Shown piece after piece: positions 1 to 14,726 of a DNA stretch of 64,000 nt. The stretch lies in contig QPMI01000469.1 of assembly GCA_004431415.1 (NCBI GenBank), positions 186,001-250,000 of the forward strand, read 5' to 3'. Under the pieces are notes generated by a model. The model searched no databases and was not told the DNA's origin. It saw nothing but the letters and a program-made list of their open reading frames with translations. The stretch's first letter is position 1. The number at the start of each line of letters is the position of its first letter. The translations under genes and the position numbers were made by a program. The DNA comes from Cyanophora paradoxa CCMP329. Its lineage: Eukaryota > Plantae > Glaucophyta.

Positions 1-1230
1 TCGCCGACAGGGCTTGCAGAAGGACGAGAAGGAGGGCGAGGCTCTTCTGGGAGCCGTCATTCTCGGTCGAGTACTTCTTGGGGTCCGATGCAGCGATGGC
101 ACGGCCGTCGTTGATATGGGTAATAACACCCTCGGGTTTGAGGGGTTGGCCAGGGCTGGTAGCGATGAGCCCCTCCGCAATCTTCACACGCGTCGGAGGC
201 TCTGCGTCGGCCCCGCCGCGGAGCTGCGAGGACTCCGCACGGGTGGTCGCCGCAATCTCGGCCGAGTCGCCGTACGCGTGCGTCGGCGCCGGGTTCCGGA
301 TGCGGGAGCCGCCGTGTTCGTCGCGGTTCATGTTGACGTCGTTGGTCTCTGAGTGATTCCGAAGACCGTCGATGAAGAGAACGCAGCCGCTACGTGAGCG
401 GGTGTGATCTGTAGTAAATGTCGGTGGTGATGGTCCTGAGAGCTGAGGTCTCCGTAGACGGCGACGAAGTCGAGGATGATCTTCTGAGCGGGGTGCTCTG
501 AAGATCGACGCACAGATTCAGCCGCTACGTGAGCGGGTGGATCCGTAAAATGATGACGGGGTTGATGATCTTCTGAGCGGGGTGCTCTGAAGATCGACGC
601 ACAGATTCAGCCGCTACGTGAGCGGGTGTGATCGTAAAAGTGATGACGGGGTTGATGATCTTCTGAGCGGGGTGCTCTGAAGATCGACGTACAGATTTCA
701 GCCGCTACGTGAGCGGGTGCGATCCGTACAGTTGACGACGGGGTTGACGTGATCTTCTGAGCGGGTGCTCTGAAGATCGACGTACAGATTCAGCCGCTAC
801 GTGAGCGGGTGCGATCTGTAAATAGATGACGGGGTTGATGGTCTTCTGAGCGGGGTGCTCTGAAGATCGACGACGCACAGATTCAGCCGCTACGTGAGCG
901 GGTGCGATCCGTACAGGTAGACGACGGGGTTGACGATATCTTCTGAGCGAGGTGCTCTGAAGATCGACGTACAGATTTCAGCCGCTACGTGAGCGGGTGC
1001 GATCCGTACAAGTTGCTCGTTTACGTCCTGCGTGTCACGTACGCGGCGTGTGCCGGTGTGTCCGTAACGTACTGCGTCGCGATCACGGCCGCCGTGTGGC
1101 CGGCTACGAGGGCGAGGGCAGTCGAGCAGTCACTGCGTGTCGTTGGCCGAGCTGCTGACAGTGTTGTCAACAGCTGCGGAGCTCTCAGCGCGCGTGCACG
1201 AGCACGACGATCACGACGAGCGGACGACAC
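1..1230 (-). CDS. Intronless ORF with ~32-aa tandem repeats, running off the left edge; probably belongs to a retroelement; frameshifted within the repeats
   Basis: The minus strand reads ..MNRDEHGGSRIRNPAPTHAYGDSAEIAATTRAESSQLRGG..KKYSTENDGSQKSLALLLVLLQALSA, open to position 1 with GC3-biased codons. Upstream repeat units read RIAPAHVAAEICTSIFRAPRSEDIVNPVV. Unlike host genes, it has no introns. Confidence 0.45.
384..1010. repeat. Tandem repeat, unit 89-95 bp, about 6 contiguous copies plus one detached partial copy
   Basis: The core CAGCCGCTACGTGAGCGGGTG starts at 384, 519, 608, 699, 791, 884 and 979. The rest of the unit (CTTCTGAGCGGGGTGCTCTGAAGATCGACG) is also conserved. Confidence 0.95.
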
Positions 1231-1774
1231 GACAGCAACAGCAACGTGCAGTGCAAACCGCGCACGGACCCACGTTGCTCTTTAGGCGTAACGAGCCGCA
1301 AGTCACGGGTCGCTACACGTAAAGGTCGAGTGATTTCGCCTCACTCTCTCCCGCACTGGGACAGCGAGCCGCAAGTCACGGGTCACTGCTTGCAGCGAGT
1401 GTACGATTCCGCTGCTCTGTACAGGGAGGCGGCGTTCGGTGCGGGCAGCAAGAGCAGGGCAAGAAACTCCGAGGCTCCCCGGCGATTGCGCGGTTACCGT
1501 CCTCCGAGATCGTTCGAACACGTAGTCTAGCCTCAGGATAGCGGGGAAACACGCTCTCGGCCGCGCGCCCGCGGGCCCACCGCCAGGTAGCAAGACCGAT
1601 GCTGCAGCTGATCGGAGTCGCTGGTCCAACGGGTCCCGGCGAGGGTCAGAATAGCTTAGATAGGTCCCCCGAGGGTCCCCATGTGCTCGGGCGTGGCGCC
1701 GAGTCGGCAGGAGCGCGTGGGCGGCGTGCGTGCAGAAGATGCGACTGGTCCTTCTGGGTACACGACTGAACAAC

Positions 1775-3672
1775 GGGGGGGGTACTGACCCAACCCGCTA
1801 CTAAGTACTAGCTACGCAACGACGTCAGCCCGTCTCAGCATGAATGATTGGCCAATGGCCCAGCCTAACTACTAAGGCAACACATGGTGGAGAGTGCGCG
1901 CGATCGCTGGACTACGAAAAGGAGGGACGATCGGCACGGAGGCCGAATCTTCAAAAGCGGAGGGAGGAGAAGAAGATGGCGATCCCAACCGCGACCGCAG
2001 CGATGTGCTCGTCAGCAGCAGCACCGGGTGATGCCCCGCGACCGGCCCTCGCTCGCGCGCTGGACCGCGTCGGACCGTCGGGTGATTCCCGTGCCGCCTG
2101 CAGCAGCCTTGGCAGCTGGGTGATTCCAGCGTAATCCGTGCGGCCTGATCGAGAGCTGGTGTTCTTTCCACGTCGATCAGCGCCATCGCGCATCGGAGGC
2201 CGGGTGATTCCGGCATGAGCCTCGGCTTGCGTCCCTCAGCGACCCAGCACGCCGCGCTCCGCGCGCGTGAGCAAGGGCGCCAAAGGCGAGCGCTGTCTGC
2301 GAGTGCTGCGCGTCCCGGGAGTCCGCCCAACCAGACCGGCGCGCACTTCAAAGGCTTGGCCGCGATCGCCCGGACCTGCGCGTACGGACTGGAGGCGGCG
2401 ACCAAGCTACATCTTCACGCTGAAGATACGCTCTCTCTCGTTCTTTCCGTCGCATTAGCAGCTCGCCCCCCGAGAGTCGCTCTTAGAAGGGAACCATCTA
2501 TGCGTGTCCCGCGACTCGGCTACCCATGCCAGTCGCCTTGAGAGTCTATGAGCTTTGAGAGTCTATCTTGCTTCCGACTGAGAGTCTGTCGCAACCGACT
2601 GGGAGTCCGGCCCCCGCGCCGTTCAGTCGTGACCCTTATCGCTGTCCGATGGCCCACGGATGATGTATCCGATGCGGCGTTGCCCCTTCCAATCCCGGAT
2701 GATGTATCCGATGAGTCGCATAGCCTGCCATGGCCCGTTGGAGCCCCGAAGAGAGTTGCCTCGCCGGTCCCGAGCTGCTAGCCTCCCGCCTGAGTGGTGG
2801 CCCCTGCGGAAGGATGGCTCTGACCGATCCCTCTTGCTGTCTTGCTCAGATGCGGCCACTCGCAATCGAGGCTTCAAGATGACCAGACTTACCTTGCGTG
2901 CCGCGCGTCACACCCGTCTTTACGATGGCCGTGATTGCCCGAGCCGCCCCTCCCCGTCGCTGACGTGCTGTACCCCGACGTCGATGTCCCCCGGGCTCTG
3001 CCCCCTTGCATCCTTTGCCGTTCTCCATTCCTCTTTTGAGTCTTCCATTTCCTTTCCCGTCGGGTGGTGGTTTTCTGCCTGGTCTCTTGCTGTGGGATGC
3101 AAGTGCCGGTGCCTCTCTGTATGGCCCCCAGGGTCCCATCAGTGGCTTGGCCTCTTCAGACCTCGTGCCTCGCTGCTGCCCTGGATAGCGGGTTCTTTCT
3201 CATCCCTGTCCTTTCTCGTGCAGTTCCGTAGTGGCTTCATCCTTACCAGTGAGGGAGATCCCCCCTCGGTAGCTTTCACCTTACCAGTGAGGGAGATCCC
3301 TGTACCCCTCGTTCCCTTGGCGTACCCTCGATCTTTCGGACGGCCTTTGAGTTGTACCCCTTCTGGCCCTTGGTTCACTGCCAGGCCTAGGCGTTTTCCG
3401 TCCCGGCCCCGACCACGCGGGCGTAGTCGTTGCCGTTCCGATGTGGACCACGTGGACGTGGTCTTACCAGTGAGGGAGATGTTGCCAGCCTGGTTTCCCA
3501 CTGAGTCGAGCCACTCGTACCATGTACCCCAGTCAGTAGTCTCGCTGTACCCTCCGGGACCGCACCACGGCTCCCAATACAGCCCCACCACCCCTCGGGG
3601 CAATCCCGCGTGTAGCGCACGGGCTGGGAGCACAGCTGGGCAGCCACAGCACAGCAGAGCGGGCCAACAACA
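1775..3672 (+). mobile_element. Putative polypurine tract plus long LTR-like segment of a retrotransposon
   Basis: G8 at 1775-1782 is followed by TG at 1786, and the segment ends ..AACAACA at 3672. It lacks introns and convincing coding signal. Internal direct repeats: GATGATGTATCCGATG x2 (~2659, ~2698) and CTTACCAGTGAGGGAGAT x3 (~3242, ~3280, ~3463). No second LTR or TSD is visible in the window. Confidence 0.3.
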
Positions 3673-3742
3673 CCAATAATACGACGTGCATTTGAACTGC
3701 GACGCCCACCCATGCTCTACGTGTCGGCCCCAGCTCCAGAGC

Positions 3743-6700
3743 TCAAGCCCTTGGGAGCTCGGGGGCTCGAGCTGGGGAGCTCCGCTGGAGGGGCTGGGGC
3801 GGGCCCCCCGGGCCCTGCAGGCGCCCCCGGCCGCGGGGCCGCCGGCTCGAGGCGCGGGCTGCCCGGCGGGCCGGCGCTCGCCGGGGGCTCGTGGTCGGCG
3901 AGCGGGGCGACCCTGGGGCGGCGGCCCTGCAGGCGGGGGGCCGGGGCGCGGGGAGGGAGGAGAGGAGGAGGGCGAGGGAGGCGTCGAGGCCGCAGGAGCC
4001 GCCGAGGGCGAGGCAGGGGAGCGGGAGAGGGAGTAGGCGAGGGCGGGGGGGAGGGGAAGGCGGGTACGAGGCAGGGGCGGAGGCGAGGGCGCGCGTCTCG
4101 GCGAGGGCGACGAGGTCGCGGAGCGCCTGCTGCGCCACCGAGGCCGCCGAGAGCAGCGCCACCAGGCACGCCGCCCCCGCCACCGCCCCTCCACCGCCCC
4201 GCCCCCGCCGTCCCGCCCCTCCACGAACACCCGCCGCCCCGTCGCCGCCTCGAGGGCCCGCCCACGCGCTCCGCCAGCTCCCCGTGGCAGCCGCCGTGCA
4301 CCTGGCCCGCACCTCAGCCGGCGCCCCGCGGGGGCGCGCGGAGGCGGCGCGCGCCACGACGGCGAAGGGGGCCCCTCGGGGCGGGGCGCGGCGGGGCCTC
4401 CTCGGGGCCTCCCCGGGGCGGGGCCGGCGGGGCCGGCTCGGGGTCGGGCCCGAGGAGGGCGCGCAGGCGCTCCCGCGCGAAGAGCGCGTCCCGCACCCCC
4501 GAGAGCAGCGCCTGCGCCGGACCGTCGGGGCGGGAACGGGGCGGGGCGGGGGCGGGGGCGGGGGCACGGCGAGGGGGCCGGGGCCGGGGGCGCGGCGGGG
4601 TCGGGGTCGGCGAAGTCGACGAACTGGCGGGAGAAGAGGAGCGCCTCGAGCTCCGCGTCCAGCGCCACCCGCTCCCGCCACACGGGGAAGATCGGGCGCC
4701 CCAGCTCCCGCGCCACCGCCAGCTCCTGTCCCGCCCCCCGCTCCGCCCCCGCCCCCGACCCGGCCCGGCGCGGGGCGGGGCGGGCTCGCCTTGCGGCACC
4801 ACTCGCTGCGGACGGAGTGCGCGCTCGCCACGAAGACGACCACCGACGCCCGCGCGATCGCTGCCGCCCCGCCCACTCGCCCCCGGCATGCGCCTGGGGC
4901 GGAGCAGGGCGGGGCACCCTCGGCGATCTCGGCGCGCCACTCGGAGCCGGCCTCGATGCCGCTCGCGTTCATCTGCGGGGGCCGGGGCGGGGGCGGTGAG
5001 GGGCGCGGGCGGAGCGGGGCGGGGCGGGCCTCGTCGAGCCAGCAGGTGACGCGGGCACGCTCGAGGGCGTCCCGCAGCGCCCGCGCGAAGGCCGCCACCG
5101 CCGCCGGCTGGTGCCCGTAGCTGATCATCACCTGCCCCGCCCCTCAGCCGCGCCCGGCCCCAGGCCGCGGGGCGGGGGAGCGGGGCGCACGTCGCGCCGG
5201 CGGGCACGCTGCTTGAGGGCGTAGCGCAGCCGCTCCGAGTCCTGCCGCCCGCCCCCTCGGCGAGGGCGCGGGGGCGGGGCGGGGCGGGGGGGCGGACGGT
5301 GAGGTCCAAGGGGGCGTGCCCGTCGGCGTCGCGGGCCTCGAGGCTCGCCGTGCGGGCGATCAGCAGCTCCGCCGCCGCCTGCTGCCCCAGCGCCACCGCG
5401 TGGTGCAGCGCCGTCCGCCCGGCCCCGCCCCGTCCGCCCCGCGCGGGTCCGCCCCGCCTCCAGCGCCACCCGCACCGCCTGCGCCGCCTCGGGGCCCGCC
5501 CGGCGCCGCGGGGCGCGCGCGGCCGGCGCACCTCCTCCGACCCACTCGCTGCGCACCCGAAGACTGCGCTCGAGAGCACCCGGCGCCCGTCCTGCGCCCC
5601 GCCCCTCGCCCCCCGCCCCCGGCGAGCAGGGCCGGCGGGGGGCGGGCCTTGCGGGTGGCGTTGGCGGCGCGCTCGCGGCGCTCGGGGTCGGCGGCGGGGT
5701 CGCCGGGACGGAGGAGGGCGGAGAGGAGGTCGGCGCGCCCCGCCTCCGCCGCCGCGTGCAGCGCCGTCGCCCCGTCCCCGTCCTCCGCCTCTGCGCCCCG
5801 CCCCGCTCGCCCCCGGCCCGCGGGCGGCACGGCGGGGGCGCGGGGGCGGGCGGGCCTGGGGGGCCCCGTGGGCGGCGAGGAGGGCGGCGCACTCCGCCGA
5901 GCCGGCCTCGACGGCCCAGCGGGCGGCGCTGCGGCCGGCGTGCGCGGCGGAGGCCTCGCAGCCGGCGGCGAGGAGCAGGCGGAGGGCGTCGGCGCGGCCG
6001 TGGCGGGCGGCGGCCGCGGCGGGCGGCCCCTCGGGGGTCTCGCAGCGCGCGTCGAAGGCGGGGTGGGCGAGCAGCGCCGGCAGCAGCTGCTCCCCGCCGG
6101 CCCCGCCGCGCACGCAGAAGAGCAGCGCGCGGGCGACGTCGGCGGGGCGGCCGGCCCCGCCTCAGCGCCCCCGCGCCTCAGCATCGCCGCGATCGCCCGG
6201 TTGTTCTCCAGCGCCTGCGCCCCCGCCTCAGCGCTGCGCTGGCGGGGCGGGGGCGGGGGCGGGGGCGGGGCGCGCGGCGGCGATGGCGCGGTTGCACTCG
6301 ATCTGCGCCGCCTGCTCCTCGCGGCTCGCCCGCTCCCCGAGGCGGGCGATGGTCGTGTTCCCCGCCGCGCACTCGAGCAGGCCGTAGTTCGCGCGGACGC
6401 CGGCGGCGAGGGCGCGCAGGCCGGCCGGCGAGAGGGGGTTGTCGGAGACGTCGAGGAGGGTGAGGGTGCGGTTGCGCTGGAGCCCCGCGGCGAGGGCCTC
6501 GGCCCCCGCCGCCCCCACCCGGCAGTTGTTGATGGCGAGGCCGCTGAGGGTGGCGTTGTGCGGCAGCGCGCCGGCGAGCTCGGCGGCGCCCTCCGAGTAG
6601 AGGGGGTTCCCGTTCAGCACCAGGCTCGTCAGCGTCGAGTTCACCGCCAGGGCGCGCGCCAGGCTGCGCGCCCCCTCCGCCCGCACCGAGCAGTTCCACA

Positions 6701-7195
6701 GCCCCAGGTACAGCACCGAGGTGTTCAGCGCCAGCCCCGCCCCGATTGCGACCGCACCCTCGTCCTGCGGCCCCGCCCCGCGCCGCTCGCCACGGGCGGT
6801 GGCCGGGGCGGGGGCGGGGGCGGAGGGACCGGACCTTCAGGCGGAAGTTGCCGCCGAGAACGAGGCGCGTCCACCTGCACGTCTTCTGCTCCAGCTGCCA
6901 GCCCAGAGACTTCACGATGCTGCCCGTCACCTCAGCCTCGCCTCCGGAGGCGCGGCGACGGCGGAGAGAGGGGACATGGCCAGCGCACTTGTCACTTTGG
7001 ATCTGCTTCCCGATAAGCTCCACGCCCGTCTGCGAGTATGTGCACGCGGTCAGTGAAATCCTGCTCGAGCTGGCGGCGCCGGAGAGCTGGCCGGCGGCAG
7101 ACCGAAAACGAGCCGGCATCCTGTTCCAGTGCCCGCTCTAGGTCCTGCGGAACGGCCGCCGACGTTAGCTACGCCGGGGGCTTCGGGGTGGCCAT
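3743..7195 (-). CDS. Multi-exon protein: RNI-like LRRs + ankyrin repeats + TIR (TIR_2-like) + second degenerate TIR
   Basis: LRRs: ALALNTSVLYLGLWNCSVRAEGARSLARALAVNSTLTSLVLNGNPL..NRTLTLLDVSDNPL (6250-6765). ANK: GATALHAAAEAGRADLL and GRTALHHAVALGQQAAAELLIARTASLEARDADGHAPLDL. TIR1: DVMISYGH..FARALRDALERARVTCWLDE..GIEAGSEWRAEIAEAIARASVVVFVASAHSVRSEWCRKELAVARELGRPIFPV. TIR2: AVAGAACLVALLSAASV..LRDLVALAE. Both ends are approximate. Confidence 0.8.
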
Positions 7196-7581
7196 GGCTT
7201 CAAGCGCTGTCGCCGACAGCCGGCCGGCCCTCGGAGGTTCAGCGCCCTGTAGGATGGGGCGCTGATTTTTTCAGCTAAGCTATAGAACTCACTTGCACGG
7301 AGAGACGCTTGTTCTTCGCGCGGAAAAGCTGCATCAATCCAGCTCAGCGAGCACGCCAGCGCCCTACTGCGGCTAGCTGGATGCAGTAGATGCAGCTACG
7401 TATGCAGTTGTTCTGAGCATTTGCTGCAGCTCTTTGAGCATGCCTTGATCGAGCCTGGTACCCTCTAGAAGTGGGAGGGGGGGGGGGAACAAACGGGATC
7501 AAATGTGGGTCGTCTGATCATGACCGCGCGCATGCGCATGCTCGCGAGCAGTGCAGAATACGGACGCCAGGCGCCATGGCC

Positions 7582-7586
7582 AAAAA
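7582..7586 (-). terminator. Pol III T5 terminator of the tRNA-like gene
   Basis: TTTTT on the minus strand, 6 nt after the discriminator base. Confidence 0.5.
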
Positions 7587-7592
7587 GAGTGA

Positions 7593-7667
7593 TAGCCCCG
7601 CGAGGACTCGAACCTCGCACCTCCGGCGGGTCGTGGATCCGGCGCTCTACCCATGAGCTACGGGGCT
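7593..7667 (-). ncRNA. tRNA-like Pol III gene with an aberrant anticodon arm (no assignable anticodon)
   Basis: The minus strand folds as AGCCCCG TA GCTC ATGGGTA GAGC G CCGG ATCCACGACCCG CCGG AGGTG CGAGG TTCGAGT CCTCG CGGGGCT A. Acceptor, D and T stems are perfect and the A and B boxes are intact. The anticodon arm is a 4-bp stem with a 12-nt loop. Confidence 0.7.
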
Positions 7668-8151
7668 TTCTGTTCAGGATCCGGCAAGTGATCGCTTTTA
7701 GACCACAGCCAGATACATATATCTGCCCAGGCGCGTGCCGGCCGCGGCCCAGCTAGCGCTAGCGCTTCGTTAGCCTCCGGTCCATTCATGATCACGCATT
7801 AATATTAATATTCGCGGCTGCGCATGCGCGGCGTTACGTGTACGTATACCGGCGCGCGCGGCGCGGCGACACCGCGCGCCGCGTACGTATACGCCCACTA
7901 GTACTCATGCATATATATGTACATCGATCCCGGGCCCCCATATGCATACAAATTAAATTAAATGCGCACGCGCGCGCATGGCCAGCTGCGTGATGGTATC
8001 GGAGAGCCTCGGAGTCGTTTAAGAACCGAGAAGGATCGCTACAGCTGCACCTACAATTACAGCCGCTGAGCTACATGTACAGCTACACCTAGCCCTAGCC
8101 CTGCTGTGCCTAGTTTCGAGCGCTAGCCTGTGTTTGAACTGGGTCGGCGGG

Positions 8152-10568
8152 TCACGACTCGACGTTGGCCGGGGGCGGGGAGGCTGCGGCGGGCCGCCCG
8201 AAGCGCGGGGCGTGCATGAAGCCGAAGAGGCCCCTGCGGGCCCCTGCCGGCGCCGCCTCGCGCGCACCCGCCGTGGGCCCCGCCTTCGCCTTCCCGCCCT
8301 CCGCGGCCGCCGCCGGGGCCGCCGCACTGCTCTTCTGCTGCTGCTGCTGCTGCTGCGGGTGCTGCGGGTGCTGCGGCTGCGCATGGCGGTGGCGGGCGGC
8401 GGCGGCCTCACGGGCCGGCCCCGCCGCGATGTACGCCTCTGCGCCACCCTCAGCGGGGCCCGCGGCCGCCGGGGCGGGGCGCCGGGGCGGACCGAGGGCG
8501 GCGATCTTGTCGCGGGCGGCGCGGAGCTCGGCGTGCAGCTGCCCGTTCGCCACGCGCGACTCCTTCAGCTCCCGCAGCAGCGTCTGCGGCGCGTCGCCCG
8601 GGCCCCGCTTCCGAGGCCGGCGCTGCGGCGGGGGCACCTTCTTGGAGCAGGCGGCGTCGAGGGGCCCGATGCGCCGGCCCCGCGAGTCGTACTTCCGCCG
8701 CTCCCCCAGCTCGAAAAACCGCCGCACCTGCCGCCCCGTCACCTCCGCCCCGCCCCGTCCCGCCCCGCCCGGCCCCGGCCCCCGCGCGCACCGCCGCCGC
8801 CGCCGCGTCCTCCGCCGCCTCCCCGTCGCCCCTCTCCGCCTCCTCCGGCGCATCCGCGCCGGGCTCGTCCGGGCGGGGCGCCGGGGCCTCCTCGAGGGGG
8901 GCGGGGGCGCGGGGCCTCGTCGGGGCGGGGCGGTCGGGCTCGGGGGCCGGCGCTCGGGCGTCCTAGAGCGCGGGCTGTTCCCCGCCGAGTGGTCTTCCGG
9001 CACCGGCGACGGGGCATCCCGGCGCGCCTCCCCGCCCTCCACCTCGCGGTCCCACTGCGCGCCGCGTCAGCCGGGCAGGGTGCGGGGGGCGGGGCGGGGG
9101 CGCCTGGGAGCGGAAGGTGCGGAGCTCGTGGCGGACGCCGTCCTCGGGCCGCGCGTACTCCTCCAGCCGCGCCATCAGCTGCACCACCTGCTCGTTCCGC
9201 GCCTGCGCGCCGCCCCCGCCCGCCTCAGCACCCCGCCCCGCCCCGGGCCCCCGCGCCCCGGCGGCGGGGCGGCGCGAGCGCACGTTCATCTCATCGGTGA
9301 GGGCGCGGAGACGGCGCCCGAGGCGCTCGCACTCCTCGTTCTTGAGGGCGCACATGCGCCGCACCTCATCCTCCGACACCGCCTTCTCCTCCCTCTTCCC
9401 CACGCCCTCGCCCCCGCGCCACCCCCGGCTCCCGCTCCCGCTCCGCCCCAGGCCCTCCGGCATCGGCCCGTCGATCGCCTCCTGCAGGCCGCATCAGAAC
9501 CGCCCGCGAGGCGAAGAAGCCTGCGCGCTGCACGCGCCTGCAGCTTCCTCATGTGCTCCGGCCCTCTGTGCGAGCGCGATGACGAGAACGGCGAGGGCGC
9601 GGAGTTCTTCCGCGGCGCAGAGGCAGCCTCGTCCTCTTTGAGCGTGATGAGCTGAAAGGCGGCGCGCTCAGGCAGCGCGCGGGATCGCGAGGCGGTGCGA
9701 TCGGCGCCGCACCTGCTGAAGCTTCGCCTGCAGGACCTCGTTAAGGATCTCGATCTGCCGCGCCTGCGCTCGGGACTCCTCCTCGAGCTCGCGGATGCGC
9801 GACTCCTTCTCCGCCAGGGCGCCTGGGCCGAGCGAGGTCAGCGAATAGTTGCCTTCACGAGCTGCGTGGATGCTTGCCTTGCGCGGACGTTAGCATGGCG
9901 TTCAGCACCGTTTGATTTCCGTCGTCGAGCGGCAAAGCCGCCGCACATTCCGCTTCATCGGAGCGGTCTGTCATGCGCAGAGCGGACTGCCCGCTCCTTC
10001 GCGTGCGCGCTCAGGGCCGTACGCCTCCAGGAGTTTGAAGAGCGTTGCGCAGGTGGTTCTGGACGCCGCCGGGGCAGTCGTGACTCCTTACAACACCGCG
10101 CTCCTAAAACAAGCCCCAATCACCTCCGACGCGCTGCGCTTCCAGCTGCCCAGACCTGAAGATGTAGGCCGCCGTATCTGCGTACCCCCTCTAGCGATCG
10201 ATCCCCTCCTGGTCTCTTGGGTTCCTCGATATCGATGCAACGCGCCTGCAGCTGCGGCGCTTGCGAGATGCATTCTAGATCTGGCGGAGAACCACCGAGC
10301 TGCAGCGCTAGCGGGAGCTGGCGAACCCGGTCGTAGCCTTGCGGACCGCAGCCAACTTAGACAAGGCCGCAGCCGAGGCCGCGGATCCGGGGCGGGAGGC
10401 CAAGCGCAGCGCCAAGCGGGCCCGCCCCACCTCGGAGCCCACGCGCGTCTCCCGCCGCCTGCAGAAGAAGAACCCCTGGGCCGGGCTGAGCCCCAGGGGC
10501 TTGGTGGCTTGAATTGGCGGCTACGTATACGTGCGCTTCGCGCCCGCTTCGACTTCCAATTCGCGCAT
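8152..10568 (-). CDS. Multi-exon coiled-coil protein of unknown function (5' end uncertain)
   Basis: Spliced exons read ALAEKESRIRELEEESRAQARQIEILNEVLQAKLQQ / MCALKNEECERLGRRLRALTDEMN / TLLRELKESRVANGQLHAELRAARDKIAAL, with a polyQ tract near the C-terminus and a stop at 8152. Confidence 0.6.
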
Positions 10569-10641
10569 CGATAGAGAGACTGTACACTTGACAAGTGAAG
10601 TTACATGCGGCCCGAAAGTGTGGCGCCAGGGACCGCTGGGC

Positions 10642-11557
10642 TCAGACGGCGAGGAAGGGCTGGGCGGTGCTCGTAGGTGGGCCCGTGGGGCCCTGCTTGA
10701 GGCTGCGGAGGCGCGAGTCAGCCAACGCGGAACCCGCCGACCGTGGACAGGGACAAACCCGATGGCAATGTGCGCTGCTCCGGCGAGCAGCATAAAGACG
10801 GATGCTGTGATGCACAGGCCGGCGGGATCTGCGGTCCCCATCTGTCCCCGGCCCAACCCGTCAGCCGTATGCAGGCTGCGCGCCGGGGAGGCAGGAGATG
10901 ACCAGGGGGATGGCCAGGCTGCGAATGCCAGGAGTCGGTGGGCGGGAGCGCGGCGGGTGATTGGGGGGTGGGGGCGCACATGAGGAACAACACGCCGCGA
11001 CCCACAAGACTTTGCAGGAAGGGCAGCGCCATGAAGACGATTGGGATGTTGAACTCAGCCAAGACGTTCGTCGAGGCCATCAAGGCAAGGTATATGCCAG
11101 CCTGCGAAAGCCCAGTGAGCCGAGAAGCCGAGCGCTCGACACAGGAGGGGCAGGAAGACACGCATAGGCCAAGAGTATCATAGTATACGTATAGCTAACC
11201 GTGAGGCTCAGTGATGGCGGAATGCACGGAAAGGCGGGGGTAAGGATGAGGGCATGGGATCGCTGTGGACGCCGGATGGCCCGAGGTCGCGACGGAGTTT
11301 CGATGCAACCCAAGAGCGCATACGCGCACGTGGGATAGCTAAGGAGGAGGGAGACAGGTATTAGAGCCATTAGAGCCATGGATTAGAGCCATTAGAGCCA
11401 GAGCCATCGCGAAGACGGACGCGGGCGGCGGCGGCGGACGAACCACGAGCGACAACGTCCACGACGAATTCTTTATAAGCACGCCAAGGCATGCGATAAA
11501 ATACAACGTCGTCGCCAGCAAATTCGCGAGGCGAAGGATCAAGGGCTGGTTGGACAT
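10642..11557 (-). CDS. COPI-associated (TVP15-like) small multi-pass Golgi membrane protein
   Basis: MSNQPLILRLANLLATTLYFIACLGVLI.. IYLALMASTNVLAEFNIPIVFMALPFLQSLVGRGVLFL.. GLCITASVFMLLAGAAHIAIG|LKQGPT..FLAV*. The E-x-FL-x-GRG-x-F pattern is typical of the family. Confidence 0.7.
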
Positions 11558-11757
11558 GGCGCCCGAGGTTAGCGATGGCAACGAGCTCCCAAAGCTTTGC
11601 ATCTTAGTACTTCGAAAACAAGCGCCGGTAAGCCGCTGGTCGAAAGTTTGTGGTCGGATTGGGGTAGAAAGTTTTCCTTAATTTGCTATACCCCGCTAAA
11701 ACTGAGCCAAAGTTGTCTGGGCTTACTCGAGCAAATCAGAACGCTATATTAGCGTAG

Positions 11758-14726
<2,969 letters not shown>

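Noticed and set aside
384-1010. CRISPR-like array
   Set aside because: The sequence between conserved cores is itself repeated with no unique spacers, units are ~92 bp, there are no cas genes and the context is eukaryotic. It is a plain tandem repeat.
3900-5460. Calling the TIR, USP, MLKL-like and WW2 genes pseudogenes because of apparent frameshifts
   Set aside because: The shifts I could localise fall in G/C homopolymer runs and domains stay conserved on both sides, so sequencing indels are more likely. Raw reads are needed to settle it.
7593-7667. Functional tRNA-Trp(CCA), tRNA-Ser(CGA) or an intron-containing tRNA
   Set aside because: These triplets occur in the loop but not in a canonical 7-nt loop position, and the 3 extra nt are too few for a tRNA intron.
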